Shown here: positions 39,355 through 53,259 of the stretch, in pieces
How positions within the stretch are numbered: position 1 is the first letter of the stretch
Layout: every line of letters starts with the position of its first letter
Assembly: GCA_036785375.1 (NCBI GenBank)
Contig: JAWMAR010000034.1
Span: 10,974,001 to 11,038,000 of the forward strand
Source of the DNA: Leucoraja ocellata
Lineage: Eukaryota
DNA length: 64,000 bases
Reading direction: 5' to 3'
Position numbers and translations under genes: made by a program
The notes under the pieces: generated by a model
The model's database searches: none
What the model was told of the DNA's origin: nothing
Seen by the model: the letters and a program-made list of their open reading frames with translations, nothing else

Positions 39355-41980
39355 ATGGTGGTTTTGGATACTTGTTTTACCAATATGAATATGATATTGG
39401 TCGGTATCACTTTAAGGTTTAAAACATGTGGCAAACAGGTTCTATGTCTAGAGATGGTCAAACTCCACTGAAACTTCTCAAAGCTAGCCTCAAACAGGCA
39501 CTGTTGGAAATGCTTAAGAAAGAACTGCAGATGCTGGAAAAATCGGAGGTAGACGAAATTGTTGGAGAAACTCAGCAGGTGAGGCGGCATCTATGAAGCG
39601 AAGGTATACGTAACGTTTTGGGTCAGGACATTACTTCAGGTCGAGACCCGAAACTTCGCTTATTCCTTTGCTCCATTGATGCTGCCTCACCCACTGAGTC
39701 TCTCCAGCATTTTTGTCTACCTTTTGGAAATGTTGCTCTTTACAATGTACATTAGTTTACAAATCGTATTGTTAGGTTATATTACCTGCTATCCTCTAAT
39801 AATTTGGGGATACTGACTGAGATGATACGATATAAAAAGTAGTGAGGGGAATAATCTAAACTTGTCAGTTTGACTCACCGTGGCAGATCAAGGTACTTGG
39901 AGACTCACTGCCTTGAGTCTGCAGTTTTTAACGTGAGAGACTTTAGCTCGTCTCAAGGGAGAGGTCATTCTACAAGGCTATGAATCTTAACCTGGATTTA
40001 ACAGCAGCACTTTTACAGAATATACAACCATTTACAACATTAATAGCGGCAGACACATGATGCATGCAGATTACAAGGGGACGATAGATTTGAAGCTGGC
40101 ATCTGTGGTCAGAGGGTATTGATATTTAGAGTAATCATCATCCATTAGTTTGAAAGACGCTGAACATTTGACTGAAGAGATTTCATAAATTGTCAAGGAA
40201 ACAGAAATATTGTTTCACGCAGAAAGCAAATGATAGTCCGTGTAGAAACAGTGATCGGAGTTCAGCCATGGGAAGCTTCATTTGATATGCGATGGGGCCA
40301 ATTACAAAATAAATATCCACAGAAAACCTGTGTGTGTGGACCCCAATGTAAGGAATCATAACCATACCAACAGTCTGAAGAAGGGTCTCGACACGAAACA
40401 TCACCCATTCCTTTCTCCAAAGATGCTGCCTCTCCCATTGGGTTACTCCAGCACTTTGTGTCTATCTTGAGTATAAACCAGCATCTGCAGTTCCTTCCGA
40501 TACAACTGAAGCTTCTGTTGTCTGGAGAGGTGGAAAATTGGTCAACTTCCAAATTGACCACAGACTCATTATTGTTATAATGGTGGATGGTGATTGAGCT
40601 TTCTACATTCATGGATTCCATTGTTTTTAAGCCATTGATGAGGTTACAACGTTTGCTTGTTCTGTTGAGGGGACACTACAGTGTTGTACACATGGTCTCA
40701 GTGTTGGTCTGGGTAATAGCAGATTAGTGGAACTTCACAAACTACTGAAAGACAACTTGCTATCCCCTGTACAATCTACACTGTCTCCAAAAGTAAATGA
40801 AACACCTATTACTAGAAGATATACCTCGACAAATAAACTTTAGAAATATAGACACACCAGGCCATTATATTGTTTTAAACATGAGAGGAAGGGGAACTTC
40901 CATCTTACACACTTATTATGATCAGTGGCTCGATTGTAATCATGTATTGTCTTTCCGCTGACTGGTTAGCTCACAACAAAAGCTTTTCACTGCACCTCGG
41001 TACACGTAACAATAAACTGAACTGTTCAACAAGACCATTCATCCCATCAGACCCTGTCTGGTTCCTAACAGAGCAATCCCATTCCAACCTTTAACTTTTG
41101 ATTTGAGTTGGTTATGGATGTTTGAAGACTCGTTTTAGTTCAGGCTATTACATTTCACATAGAGCTGAGGGACCTGCTTGCAACACTGGTGTTTTATTTA
41201 CAATTATACAGAGATAAGTTCGTTTTCAGTTTGGAATATTGAGTCTTGGTGCAGTAGTACTGTCACTTTAATAGTATCAGGTAACAATCTTAAATTTCTG
41301 CTACATCTCAGTGGCAGGTTAAAATAGAAAGCTGCACAAAATATCCACCATCTCATCTTTCCACTTCCAGGAACATGTTGCAAGATATGAGGTTACTGTG
41401 AGGTTGCAGCTACACATTTCTGCCGTCCCTACTCACCTGGTGTCACTGGATGAATACTGTACTACTGTCCAAAGACCATCTGATGAAGGGTCTCCACCCA
41501 AAACGTCATCTATTCCTTCTCTCCAGCGATGCTGCCTGTCCCGCTGAGTTACTCCAGCATTTTATGTCTATCTTTGGTGTAAAACAGCATCTGCAGTTCC
41601 TTCCTGCACATTAAAGTAGACTGTCAGACTCTCCACCATCTGATCCTTGGGGTTCACTTGCACTAGACCTGGTGGGACAATGAGGGGGATTGCTTCATTC
41701 CCCTCCCCATCATTACCTGATATTAAGGTACATTTTGGAGCAGGTGAGTGGGACTGACAGGACTGTTCTCAAATAGGTAGAGAAGGGGTCCCAGCCTTAT
41801 GTTCACACAAACCCTTCCATCTCCCCACTCTGTCAGGAGTCAGTGGAGTGGGCCGCTGGAGCAGCCTGGGGCTTGATTAGATTGGGCACCGCTCCAGTGG
41901 CACGGTGTGGTGGAGAGACACCAAGAGGCATCACTTGCACTACAGTGCACTAATATCAGTGGTGCATTAGCCCAGTCATA

Positions 41981-43590
41981 AATTGAATGGATTAAAGGCC
42001 GATAAATCCCCAGGGCCAGATAGGCTGCATCCCAGAGTACTTAAGGAAGTAGCTCCAGAAATAGTGGATGCATTAGTAATAATCTTTCAAAACTCTTTAG
42101 ATTCTGGAGTAGTTCCTGAAGATTGGCGGGTAGCAAACGTAACCCCACTTTTTAAGAAGGGAGGGAGAGAGAAAATGGGGAATTACAGACCAGTTAGTCT
42201 AACATCGGTAGTGGCGAAACTGCTAGAGTCAGTTATTAAAGATGGGATAGCAGCACATTTGGAAAGTGGTGAAATCATTGGACAAAGTCAGCATGGATTT
42301 ACGAAAGGTAAATCATGTCTGACGAATCTTATAGAATTTTTCGAGGATGTAACTAGTAGCGTGGATAGGGGAGAACCAGTGGATGTGGTGTATCTGGACT
42401 TCCAGAAGGCTTTCGACAAGGTCCCACATAAGAGATTAGTATACAAACTTAAAGCACAAGGCATTGGGGGTTCAGTATTGATGTGGATCGAGAACTGGCT
42501 GGCAAACAGGAAGCAAAGAGTAGGAGTAAACGGGTCCTTTTCACAATGGCAGCCAGTGACTAGTGGGGTACCCCAAGGCTCAGTACTGGGACCCCAGCTA
42601 TTTACAATATATATTAATGATCTGGATGAGGGAATTGAAGGCAATATCTCCAAGTTTGCGGATGACACTAAGCTGGGGGGCAGTGTTAGCTGTGAGGAGG
42701 ATGCTAGGAGACTGCAAGGTGACTTGGATAGGCTGGGTGAGTGGGCAAATGTTTGGCAGATGCAGTATAATGTGGATAAATGTGAGGTTATCCATTTTGG
42801 TGGCAAAAACGGGAAAGCAGACTATTATCTAAATGGTGGCCGATTGGGAAAGGGGGAGATGCAGCGAGACCTGGGTGTCATGGTACACCAGTCATTGAAG
42901 GTAGGCATGCAGGTGCAGCAGGCAGTAAAGAAAGCGAATGGTATGTTAGCTTTCATTGCAAAAGGATTTGAGTATAGGAGCAGGGAGGTTCTACTGCAGT
43001 TGTACAGGGTCTTGGTGAGACCACACCTGGAGTATTGCGTACAGTTTTGGTCTCCAAATCTGAAGAAGGACATTATTGCCATAGAGGGAGTGCAGAGACG
43101 GTTCACCAGACTGATTCCTGGGATGTCAGGACTGTCTTATGAAGAAAGACTGGATAGACTTGGTTTATACTCTCTAGAATTTAGAAGATTGAGAGGGGAT
43201 CTTATAGAAACTTACAAAATTCTTAAGGGGTTGGACAGGCTAGATGCAGGAAGATTGTTCCCGATGTTGGGGAAGTCCAGGACAAGGGGTCACAGCTTAA
43301 GGATAAGGGGGAAATCCTTTAAAACTGAGATGAGAAGAACTTTTTTCACACAGAGAGTGGTGAATCTCTGGAACTCTCTGCCACAGAGGGTAGTTGAGGC
43401 CAGTTCATTGGCTATATTTAAGAGGGAGTTAGATGTGGCCCTTGTGGCTAAGGGGATCAGGGGGTATGGAGAGAAGGCAGGTACGGGATACTGAGTTGGA
43501 TGATCAGCCATGATCATATTGAATGGCGGTGCAGGCTCGAAGGGCCGAATGGCCTCTACTCCTGAACCTAATTTATATGTTTCTATGTTT
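41981..43590 (+). mobile_element. 5'-truncated CR1 LINE with uninterrupted RT ORF (41983-43494, 503 aa)
   Basis: KSPGPD, NYRPVSLTS, YLDFQKAFDKV, GVPQGSVLGP, KFADD, WNSLP; 3' UTR and microsatellite tail. Confidence 0.97.
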
Positions 43591-45929
43591 CATACACAGG
43601 ATTCTTTGGTCACATTTCACACCAATTGCCTGATAATACTCATCAACGTCTTGCTGGTCAACTCCACAGTCCCACTCCCAGCAACTGGCCATGCTCTGCC
43701 CCCTGAGAAACACAGGCAGCACTCAACACAAACTGGTGAGTACCAACTAATCGTCAGTTGAAAGAAGAAGGCATCTAACCTATTAATTGTTTTTAATCTC
43801 TCTACATCACCATCTATATCTCTCGTTTCCCATTCCCCTGACTAGTCTGAAGAAGGGTCTCGACCCGAAACATCACCCATTCCTTCTCTTCAGCAATGCT
43901 GCCTGTCCCGCTGAATTACTCCAGCTTTTTGTGTCTATCTTTGGTTTAAACCAGGATCTGCTGTTCCTTCCTACACAAACCAATAGTGCTCGGGCACCTT
44001 GAGTACAGCTTTGCAAAGGTCAGTGTGTGATCCTGCAGCTGTGCCTGCCACTCTCAGCCATCATCTCTCTTTACACCAGCAATTGTCAGCAGGCCAGGCC
44101 GTGATTTAAAGGCAACCGCTAAGTTGTTGAGCTCCCGTGGACATCGTGTTTAATGATCAATTCGGTAGCATTTTCCCTCCTTCCTTCAGCCTGCTTTGAT
44201 CAAATTAAAACACACAATCCACTCTCTCAACCTTTACCAGATGGTGTGAAACGGTCCTGACCTCACACACGTGCTGAGGCAGAGAGATGCCTTTGTGCAG
44301 AGGTGGATTTTATACTTCATTGCGGTGACTTTTTGGGGATCAAACTTCACTTGAGTGAAATACCAACACTATGACTCTCAGTGTTATTGTGGGAGATTTC
44401 TGCCCTGTCTGCAATGTCACCTTTAGAAGCTATTCATCGGCCACTCTCTCGGTGGGCACCGATCACAGAGTTTCCCAGGGTCCTCAACAATATTTACCCT
44501 TCAAACAAACAAAAGCCTTCAGCTCATCACGTTGCTGTGCCACAATTAGCTATCACATTAGATTTAGGGTTATTGTTGCCACCTGTACTGAGGTATAGTG
44601 ACACGCTTTGTTTTGCATGCTATCTAATCAGACCAGATAATACTGGACATGAAAGCAATCAACCCACACTCAAGTACACTAGGTAGAGCAAAGGAGAGGA
44701 TACTGAATGCCGAAGGGTCTCAAAACGTCACCCACTCCTTCTCTCCAGAGATGCCGCCTGTCCCGCTGAGTTACTCCAGTTTTTTGTGTCTACTGTGGAA
44801 TATATTTCTCAGCACAAAGACCAATGTCCATACTGGGGAAGAGGCTAACTGGGCGGTACCATAGCTCATGGACAGTTCAGAACAACATTTTAGGCAAACG
44901 CACAATAAATCTCATGTTTTCCCATTTATTTACAAATTGGGCTGAATCTAATGGGAGAACAGAGCAGTTAATGGGAGAAGGTGGGGTTGTGGGTCAGTGT
45001 TTGAATGTGATAACACCAGCCTGAATGTGATGTAACGTTATTTTCACCTCACAGTCTTCTCTGAATTACCTGTCACTTATTGCAGAAGCAATTTGACAGC
45101 AGGTGTGATACTTGAAGAGTTAATTCCATTAAGTAATCTTTGGCACCTTTGTGTTATTTGCATTATCAGTGTAGTAGATAGAATTGAGTTAGTGCAAGCA
45201 TTAGATGGTGAATCAATATCCGGCTTGCAGGTTATTAATGCATCATAAATAAAACCACTATCTGACATCATATCCACACACAGTATTCTATTTTGATGCC
45301 TTCATTTGGTTCAGGGTGTAATTTTATTTCATTATTTTGCTGAGCTCCACTTGCTTTCTGATGGGTCTAACAATATAATTCCAATATATGATGAACCTAA
45401 AGGCCCCACAAATATCCCAAACCTTCCAAACGCTTTAACTCAGACATCGTGTCAATTATAGGAATCTTATGGATAACTAAAATGGTGAGAATGTCAGACA
45501 ACTGGTTCTGGAGCAAAAGCCTTCACTGAAATGAGAGCATAAATGTTGTTCAGATTCTCCGCGGTGAAGACGGGTCCCGACACAAAATATCACCTATCTA
45601 CACTCTTCAGAGATGCTGCCTGACCCGCTGAATTACTCCAGCACTTTGTGGGTTTTTTTGTTGTAAACCAGCATCTGCAGTTCCTTGTTTCAACCTTGGG
45701 CATTCTGCCATATTGCCTTGCAGCTGTGAAGCACCCGAGGAGGTGTCCAAGACCAGAGGATTTCACTGTGGGATCTGTTATATGTCAAAGCACAAAATCC
45801 AGCATGTTGGACAATGCCAAATATTCTGAAAGTAGGGGCTGAGAGATTTGGTGGGTGGTGAAAATTGATGCATAACTGACGGATGGTTCTGTAAAATATG
45901 GTCCAGGTAAGATCTTGTTGGTGGGAAAC

Positions 45930-46720
45930 AAAATCGACGAAACACAAGGGTAGAACTAAAGTTTGGTGTTTTGGGACCACATTTGGAGTAGTTACTATAT
46001 TCATGCTAGAGGAAGGATGTTGTTGAGCTGGAATGAAGTGCCGAGAAGATGTTGCCAGGACTTGAAGGGCCTGATCTATAGGGAGAGGTTGGATAGGATC
46101 GGACCTTATTCTTTTGAATGTGATCTTAACAAGGTGTATGAAATGTTGCCCACATGTCCCAGCTACACTAGTCCCACCTGCCCATGTTTGGTCCATATCC
46201 CTCCAAACCTGTCCTATCCATGTACTTGTCTAACTGTTTCTTAAATGTTGTGATTGTCCCTGCCTCAACTATCTCCTCTGGCAGCTCGTTCCATGCACCC
46301 ACCACCCTCTGTGTGAAAAAGTTACCCCTCAGGTTTCTATTAAATCTTTCCCCTCAGACCGTTAACCTATGTCCTCTGGTTCTTGCTCCCCCTGCCCTGG
46401 ATAAAATACTCAGTGCCTCTACCCTATATTCCCCTCATGACCTTATACACCTCTACAAGATCATCCTTCAGCCTCATGCACTCCAAGGAATAAGGTCCAG
46501 CTTGCTCAACCTCCAACATTGCTTAGGCCCTCAAGCCTCAGCAACATTTGGTTTCAGGGGTTATGGGGAGAAGGCAAGAGAATGGGGTTAGGAGGAAGAG
46601 ATTGATCAGCTATGATTGAATGGTGGAGTAGACTTGATGGGCCGAATGGCCTAATTCTACTCCTATTCCTTATGACGTTACCAACATCCTCGTAAATCTT
46701 CTCTGCATTCTTCCCAACTT
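45930..46720. mobile_element. Nested CR1 fragments of both orientations
   Basis: Plus fragment ~45930-46140 and minus fragment 46147-46720, the latter interrupted by a plus 3' end (~46550-46680) flanked by caacat repeats. Confidence 0.75.
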
Positions 46721-47762
46721 AGATGTGATGTATGTACAATAGGAGAAGGTAGGATCAGGATAGTCCCTATGTACTCACAACCCTCCACGTCCCCATACAG
46801 CCTAGTGACCGTCGCATTTCGGACTCAGCAAGGAATATTAAGCAGTGACCATCTTCAACATCAGGTTGAGCCCTTGAAGGCCAACAAGATCTAACTGGGG
46901 AAATGATGAAAATAAATTGCAAACGCCACCGAGATTTATTTCAATCACATATATTTTATTTTTAACTAAGTTACAACAAACAGATATCCAGAATCCCTGG
47001 CAATTCTTTCATATAACTCTGGCAATACTGAAACCTCCCAAAGGAGAAAAACCATGAAAAAGATATAAAAAACATCATCATTGTCACTGGTCCAACACAC
47101 CATTCTGTAGTGGGTCAGTCCGTCAAGGAAGGTAAATGCTATGGGTGTGATCACAAGCTCACTCTGTGGAAATCCATTCACAATTCTGCTAGAAATTGAT
47201 GGGGAGAGATCTCTGTGTACGTTCAACGTCACGGGCAGAGTAACAGGCAGATCATCACCACCAACACAAGAGTTAATCTATGGGATTATCTCACTCATTC
47301 AGAGAAGGGGCTGAGCTGGTCCTTCAGGATTGTCCTGGGATGTCCACAAGTTAGGATTCACCTGCTGTGTATTGTTAACTCGGGCAACAGTCAAGCATCA
47401 TCTAGTGAGTGATCTACAAGACCTGGAGACACAAATGGCTTCAAATACTGGAATGTGGAGCAACCAATAAACTTCTGAAGGAACTCAGCAGGTCAAGCAG
47501 CATCTGTGGGAAGGTGTGGTGGACTTTCCTTCCTCCCCACAGATTCTGCCTGACCCACTGAGTTCCTCCAGCAGATTTTGTGTGGAATGTGAAGAGTTTG
47601 CTTGTTTTTCAATGGGATGATAAAAGATGGGAAACTCTGAGGATGGGTGTGTTAGACTCCAAAGGCAGGAATGTATGCAGAGTGCTAGCCAAGTTACAGC
47701 ACATGTAAAATATACAAATGCAAGCTTGGCAACTGAAGTGAAGTCACAGCGTATTCAATGTT

Positions 47763-47988
47763 AGACAAAAATGCTGGAGAAACTCAGCGGGTGAGGCAGC
47801 ATCTGTGGAGCGAAGGAATAGGCGACATTTCAGGTCTAGACCCTTCTTCAGACTGATGGGGCGGGAAAAAGAAAGGAAGAGGCGGAGATAGTAGGCTGTG
47901 GGAGAGCTGGGAGGAGGTGGGGAAGTGGGGAGAAAGCAAAGACTACCTGAAATTGGAGGTCAATGTTCATACTGTTGCCACGAGGTGC
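47763..47988 (-). mobile_element. PLE pLTR fragment with hammerhead and 10-bp TSD
   Basis: Reverse complement of the pLTR. TSD attcaatgtt at 47753-47762 and 47989-47998. Confidence 0.75.
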
Positions 47989-48924
47989 ATTCAATGTTGA
48001 TGTGAGGATCAGGAGATGAGACCATGCTTTAACCACGATAGCCCAACTTCAATCATCTCTCATCCCCTTTTCATTTCTAATCATTGTCACCATCTCCACT
48101 CACCTGCTAAACAGCCCCACCCCTCGCCTGTATACACCTATCACACTAGCTTTCTCCACCCCCACCTCTCTCCCAGCTTTCTCCCCCCTACTCCATGAGT
48201 GTGAATCCCGACCCGAGATATCACAGGTCCATATCCCTCCACAGGTTCTGCCTGACACATTGAGTTCTTCCAGTACTTTGTGTTTTGCTCCAGATTCCAG
48301 CATCTGCTGTCTCTTCTCTGTCCATTGAATGAACCCTAGGCATTTGGACAATGTCATGTGTACTCCCGGTCAGAGTGGCATCAACAGCAGACTGATATTG
48401 TAACAGTGATCCCATGATGTCCAACTGGGAACAACGGAGTCTGGGTGGGGAGGTTTGGATCAGGGTCTGAAGCAAAATAACTTGCTTGTTGAAAGATTAA
48501 ACGTGTCGAAGTACTAAACCTTGGCAGAACGATCAAAGTGCAGTAGTGCAGGGAAGACGAGGAGCTTGTGGACGTCTGTGTTGGTCCAGGCGTTATGGTC
48601 CATGGATGGTTCAATGGAGATCAGGAACATGGAGATTCCATCAACATTGAGATCACACAATACCTGACCATGTGATGGTTGATCACATGACACTCTACTA
48701 AACAGTCAATTATTAACCCCCATCATTTTGAAATGATGTTTCAGCCTGCAGGTCAATATCCATAGGCACTGCACGTATGTCCAGGAAGTCCTGGTTCAAC
48801 TAACTCCCCACTGACCCATGGTTTCCACTAGATTCCCCATTCAACAGGGAGGCAATGTTCCCAGTTTATCCAGAGTGGGATCGGCAGGTTCAGTCTCCCC
48901 TTCGCTGGGGACTGCTCCCCTCCC

Positions 48925-49150
48925 TAACCTGCTCCCCACCCCAACCTGTCCCGACCCCCACCCCCAACCTGTCCCGCCCCCCACCCCGCCCCCACCCCGA
49001 CCCCCAACCTGTCCCGACCCCCACCCCCAACCTGTCCCGGCCCCCACCTCCAACTTGTCCCGGCCCCCTCCCCGCCCCCACCCCCGCCCCCACCCCCAAC
49101 CTGTCCCGACCCCCACCCCCACTCCCAACCTGCCCCCACCCCTCAGCCCC
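48925..49150. repeat. C-rich minisatellite (ccccaacctgtcccgaccccca)n
   Basis: Visible imperfect tandem array. Confidence 0.9.
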
Positions 49151-50759
49151 AATTCAATGCACACCCACATACACAGATACACGGGGAAAGTTGCAGTTAG
49201 CCTACTGTCCAGCAGACCTCTGGGTTATGGACGGAGACTGGAGCTCCGAGAGGAAACCATGTGGCCACAGGGAGAACGTGCCAACTCCATACAAACAGCA
49301 CCCGAAGAGATCACAATTGAACCCAGATCGCTGGAGATAAGAGGCAGCGGCTCGATTAGCAATGCCGCCCAATGTAATACTGACTGCTGTTGTACCTGAG
49401 GCTGAGGCTGCTGCTATAGCTGTGGCCCAGGCCATGGTTGGCAGAACCTCTCACTGCAATCCACTGGCCACATGGGTGTGCACCATCTCCAGTGATCTGG
49501 GTGAGTGGAGGCTGTGGCCAGTATGGTCACCCTCAGGTCCCACACTCTGGGACACAACGGGAAAGTTGGGAACCCAACCATCAAGCCTCACGTCAGCCCC
49601 AGTGATTAGGATATCATGCTTATCCCGTTAGTTGGCAGTATGGGACTTCACATTGCGCTCATTGTTACAAAGTTTATGAAAATAGATCCTTTTCCAGTCT
49701 GTAGCAGCTCGATTTCCAACCACACTGGATAAAAAGTAGGCCATCTTGTGTTGTACAAAACCTATGTTTCTGGAATGTTCCCTGCCACTGGCTGGTGGGC
49801 TTGTCGCTGCCTCTTTCCAGGGGTGGGGTGTAAAGATATCTCACAAGGATCCAGTCAAAGCTATTTCTGAGAATTTGCCCAATCTTGGCTTATTTGGACA
49901 AATGCGTTCCATGAATAATTTCAGGATTCAGGAACACCCAAGCAAGAGTTTAGAGCCATTACAATGGATATTTTGAGGTGTTATTACTGTTTTACATGAA
50001 GTGCACCTTCAGCCACTTTGGGCCAACGTTAACCAAGGCAGCTAGTGGGAGGTGGTGACTGGTGGTGAAGCTGGGTCCACATCTGCTCTGTGGCAGGATC
50101 GGGTGTGGAATGTAGAAACGGCAGTACACCTGATCTGCTGGGACATCTATTGGACAATGTGTAGGTCCACGCTGCCACAGCAGCTGATGGAAACCGCTCA
50201 CCAGCTACATCTCAGCCACAAGGGGAGCAGGGAATTGACTGGGGGCTTTGCTGGCAATACTTAACTCCCCAAAAAAATGAATTTAGAGAAAAGGTTCCAT
50301 TACCATTCCCCTCAACGAGCAACCAGCCTAGGTGGACATTCTGTTTTACCAATGTGCCACCTTCCCATTGACACCCAATTTAAAAACATGCACATTTATA
50401 ACAATACCCGTGGTTATAATTCACCACACTCACATGGCACTGGACATTAAGCGCGTTATTTATGGTGCCCGCTGGACGTTGCCAGTTTTGGTGATGGCAC
50501 CTGCACACAGTTTGGAGCTGGATGGCATGCATGATGAATCAATGGGTTGACAGAGGGCACGGCAGTAGGTGAGCTCGTGTTAATGTGTAGCAGCACGTGT
50601 AGAGCGTAGAGGAGATCCAGTCTTGTCCCAGGAAGCATGATGAGAACAGTTGTCACCAGGGGCCGGCGGGCCAAGGCAGCCATCTCTCACTGGCCCTTGT
50701 GCCGCCTGCAAAATCAGGAAGCAATTTCAACCTCAATACCAGAAATTATTTTAAATTAT

Positions 50760-51330
50760 AGTCTTACAGAATGGAAGCAGGCCCTTCGGCCCAACTCAGC
50801 CATGCTTGCCCGCTTCTTCCACACCATTAGCACGAAAGGAGAAAATGAGCTGTCACATGGACATAGGGCTTGGACCCTTGCACCACCTTTAATGAAACCA
50901 TGGGTGACCTGACTGTAACTCCAGCATTGTGTTCCCATCCATCCACTGCATCTTTCACCTCCGTGTCCATGCAGTGACCATCTACATTGAAAGTAGTCAT
51001 GGACTTCTCCCACCACCCTCTGAGAGAGTTCCAAAGAGTTTGGATCATCTGAGATTAAAAAAAAAAGTTGCCCCATCCCTCTCCTAAATGTGTTGCCACT
51101 TATTTTTAAATTGCGAGCCCCATTTCCAGATTCTCCTACAAGAGAAAACATCCTCTTCACATCCACTCTGTCACAACAATGAAGCATCTTAATTGTCAGG
51201 TTTTCCTCACAAGTGTACCTCCCCATTCCAGGTATTTCTCCAGTAATCCCTCTCTGAATGCTTCCAACATTCCTCCTTACATGAGGAGACCAATGTGTAC
51301 GCAGCACTCCACAAAGCCTTGCGTAACTGC
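50760..51330 (-). mobile_element. Old CR1 fragment
   Basis: Degenerate WSP...DRVDVKRMFSLVGES translation on the minus strand. Confidence 0.65.
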
Positions 51331-51690
51331 ACCGTTATCTCACGACTTTTGTATTCATTTCCCCAAGTATGAAATCACAATTATTAGTGTTCATAATTAC
51401 TTACAGTACCTGCAAACAAACTAAATCATGGTAGACCCCTCTGCATTTCACACCTCTGCAATCTTACACCAGTTCAATATTATTTATTTTAATCACCTTT
51501 CCCCTATTTATACTTTCTATGGCTGGTCTTAATCTATTTACTTGCAATCTCCTGGTGTCCTCTTTCCAACTTAAGTTTAACAATTGTATCTTGGTGCCTT
51601 CACCCAATTGACATGTTGTAAAATGGTGTAATAATCTCAACACCAATAAACATCTTGTCAACTTGTAAAAGATCCATTTGCACCGATAAC

Positions 51691-52086
51691 CAAAGATCCA
51701 ATAGCGAGCAGGATAGTCCACTCCACAAACAATAAGTAGTACGGTCATGGGCAGATTCATGGATAATTTAAGGCCCCATTTCCGTAACCGGCTTCCGTCT
51801 CCGCACCAAAGATCCCGTAGGATAATAGCACGGACACGGAAGCCCTCGTTACGGAAACATCCGCGTAAAAATAATTTGTTATTTGGTAAAAATCTTCTAA
51901 TTTTCAGAATTATAATTTATTAACACAAACTGTTCCCCCGCAACGTTGATTACACTGCGGGTCGGGTCGGGTCCGGTTACTGAAATGGATGAAAAAAAGG
52001 CCCACGTTTCTGCTCCGTTGCGTACTACACGTCAGCCCATTGCATTTAGCACGAGTGGTCTATCTTGCTCCGCTATAGGATCTTTG
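51691..52086. mobile_element. Non-autonomous DNA transposon (MITE) with CAAAG termini, P-superfamily-like
   Basis: ~33-bp TIRs caaagatccaatagcg-agcaggatagtccactc and gagtggtctatcttgctccgctataggatctttg; TSD ccgataac / ccgataat. Confidence 0.8.
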
Positions 52087-52349
52087 CCGATAATCCATTT
52101 CTTGTTAACGAACCAATCTTTTATCTACAACAACCATCACCTCCTCTACCATGAGCTTTCACATGGACATATATTCCTGTTTCTTCATTGATGCTGTAAA
52201 TCCCAATCCATATACGACTGTGAGATTACCTTTAGCAGAAAGACTACAGAGACTGAACAAGGAAACTCACACCTCCCGCTTCACAAGGGGAGGTAGGGAT
52301 GGGCAGTAGACTCGGGCCTCACCAACAACACTACACCCAATGAATCAAG

Positions 52350-52573
52350 AGAGACACAAAAAGCTGCAGTAACTCAGCGAGACAGGCAGCATCTCTGGAG
52401 AGAAGGAAAGGGTGATGTTTCGGGTCAAGACCCTTCTTCAGACTGATGAAAGGTCTTGACCAGAATCATCACCCATTCCTTCTCTCCAAAGGTGCTGCCT
52501 GTCCCACTGACTTACTGCAGCTTTTTGTGGTTTACCTTTGGTTTAAACCAGCATCTGCAGTTCCTTCCTACTA
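52350..52573. mobile_element. Palindromic PLE/hammerhead element in SCN2B 3' UTR
   Basis: Inverted arms centred near 52443. TSD aatgaatcaag at 52339-52349 and 52574-52584. Confidence 0.82.
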
Positions 52574-52650
52574 AATGAATCAAGTGTGGGGAGTGGGTCT
52601 TGAACCCGCCGTGTCCCAGACACGAACGCTACTACCATGCACTATCATCC

Positions 52651-52850
52651 TTACTTCTCCTCTACTTCATCATTGCCCTCCCCATCGGTCTTTCCTTCCT
52701 CTTCAGTTTTCTGTTCTTCGGACTGATTATCCTGTTTCTTTTTCCTCCTCAAGCACTTGACAACGATCAAGGAGAGGATGAGGACAGCGAGCAATCCACC
52801 GACAATTGCACCGATGATGACGGCCACAATGGATTGGTGTTCAGGATCCA
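52651..52850 (-). CDS. SCN2B: SCN2B exon 4 (transmembrane helix and cytoplasmic tail)
   Basis: ttccag acceptor; VDPEHQSIVAVIIGAIVGGLLAVLILSLIVVKCLRRKK...KTEEEGKTDGEGN...*; KTEEEGKTDGEGN is the same as in mammalian beta2. Confidence 0.96.
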
Positions 52851-52967
52851 CTGGAAGAGAGGATTGATGTTAGGAACAGTGTTACTGCCTCAGGCAGACA
52901 GCTGGACATGAGTGGGCCTTGGTCTGTACCTCAGTAGATAGTGGAGACCACAAGTATATGAGAAAGA

Positions 52968-53259
52968 CTTTAGAGATACCGCACGGAAACAGGCCCTTCG
53001 GCCCACCGAGTCCGTACCGACCAGCGATCCCCCCAGACTAGTTCCATCCTAGGGTCAATTTACATTTACAATTATACAGAAGTCAATTAGCCTACAAACC
53101 TGTACGTCTTTGGAGTGTGGGAGGAAACCGGAGCGCCCGGAGAAAACCCACGCAGGTCACGGGGAGAACGTGCAAACTCCATACAGACAGCGCCCGTAAT
53201 CAGAATCAAACTCGGGTCTCTGGCGCTGTGAGGCAGCAACTCTACCGCTGTGCCACCGT
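52968..53259 (-). mobile_element. HE1-like V-SINE, well preserved
   Basis: The reverse complement reads cacggtggcacagcggtagagttgctgcctcacagcgccagagacccgagtttgattc...; V-domain; CR1-like tail. Confidence 0.85.
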
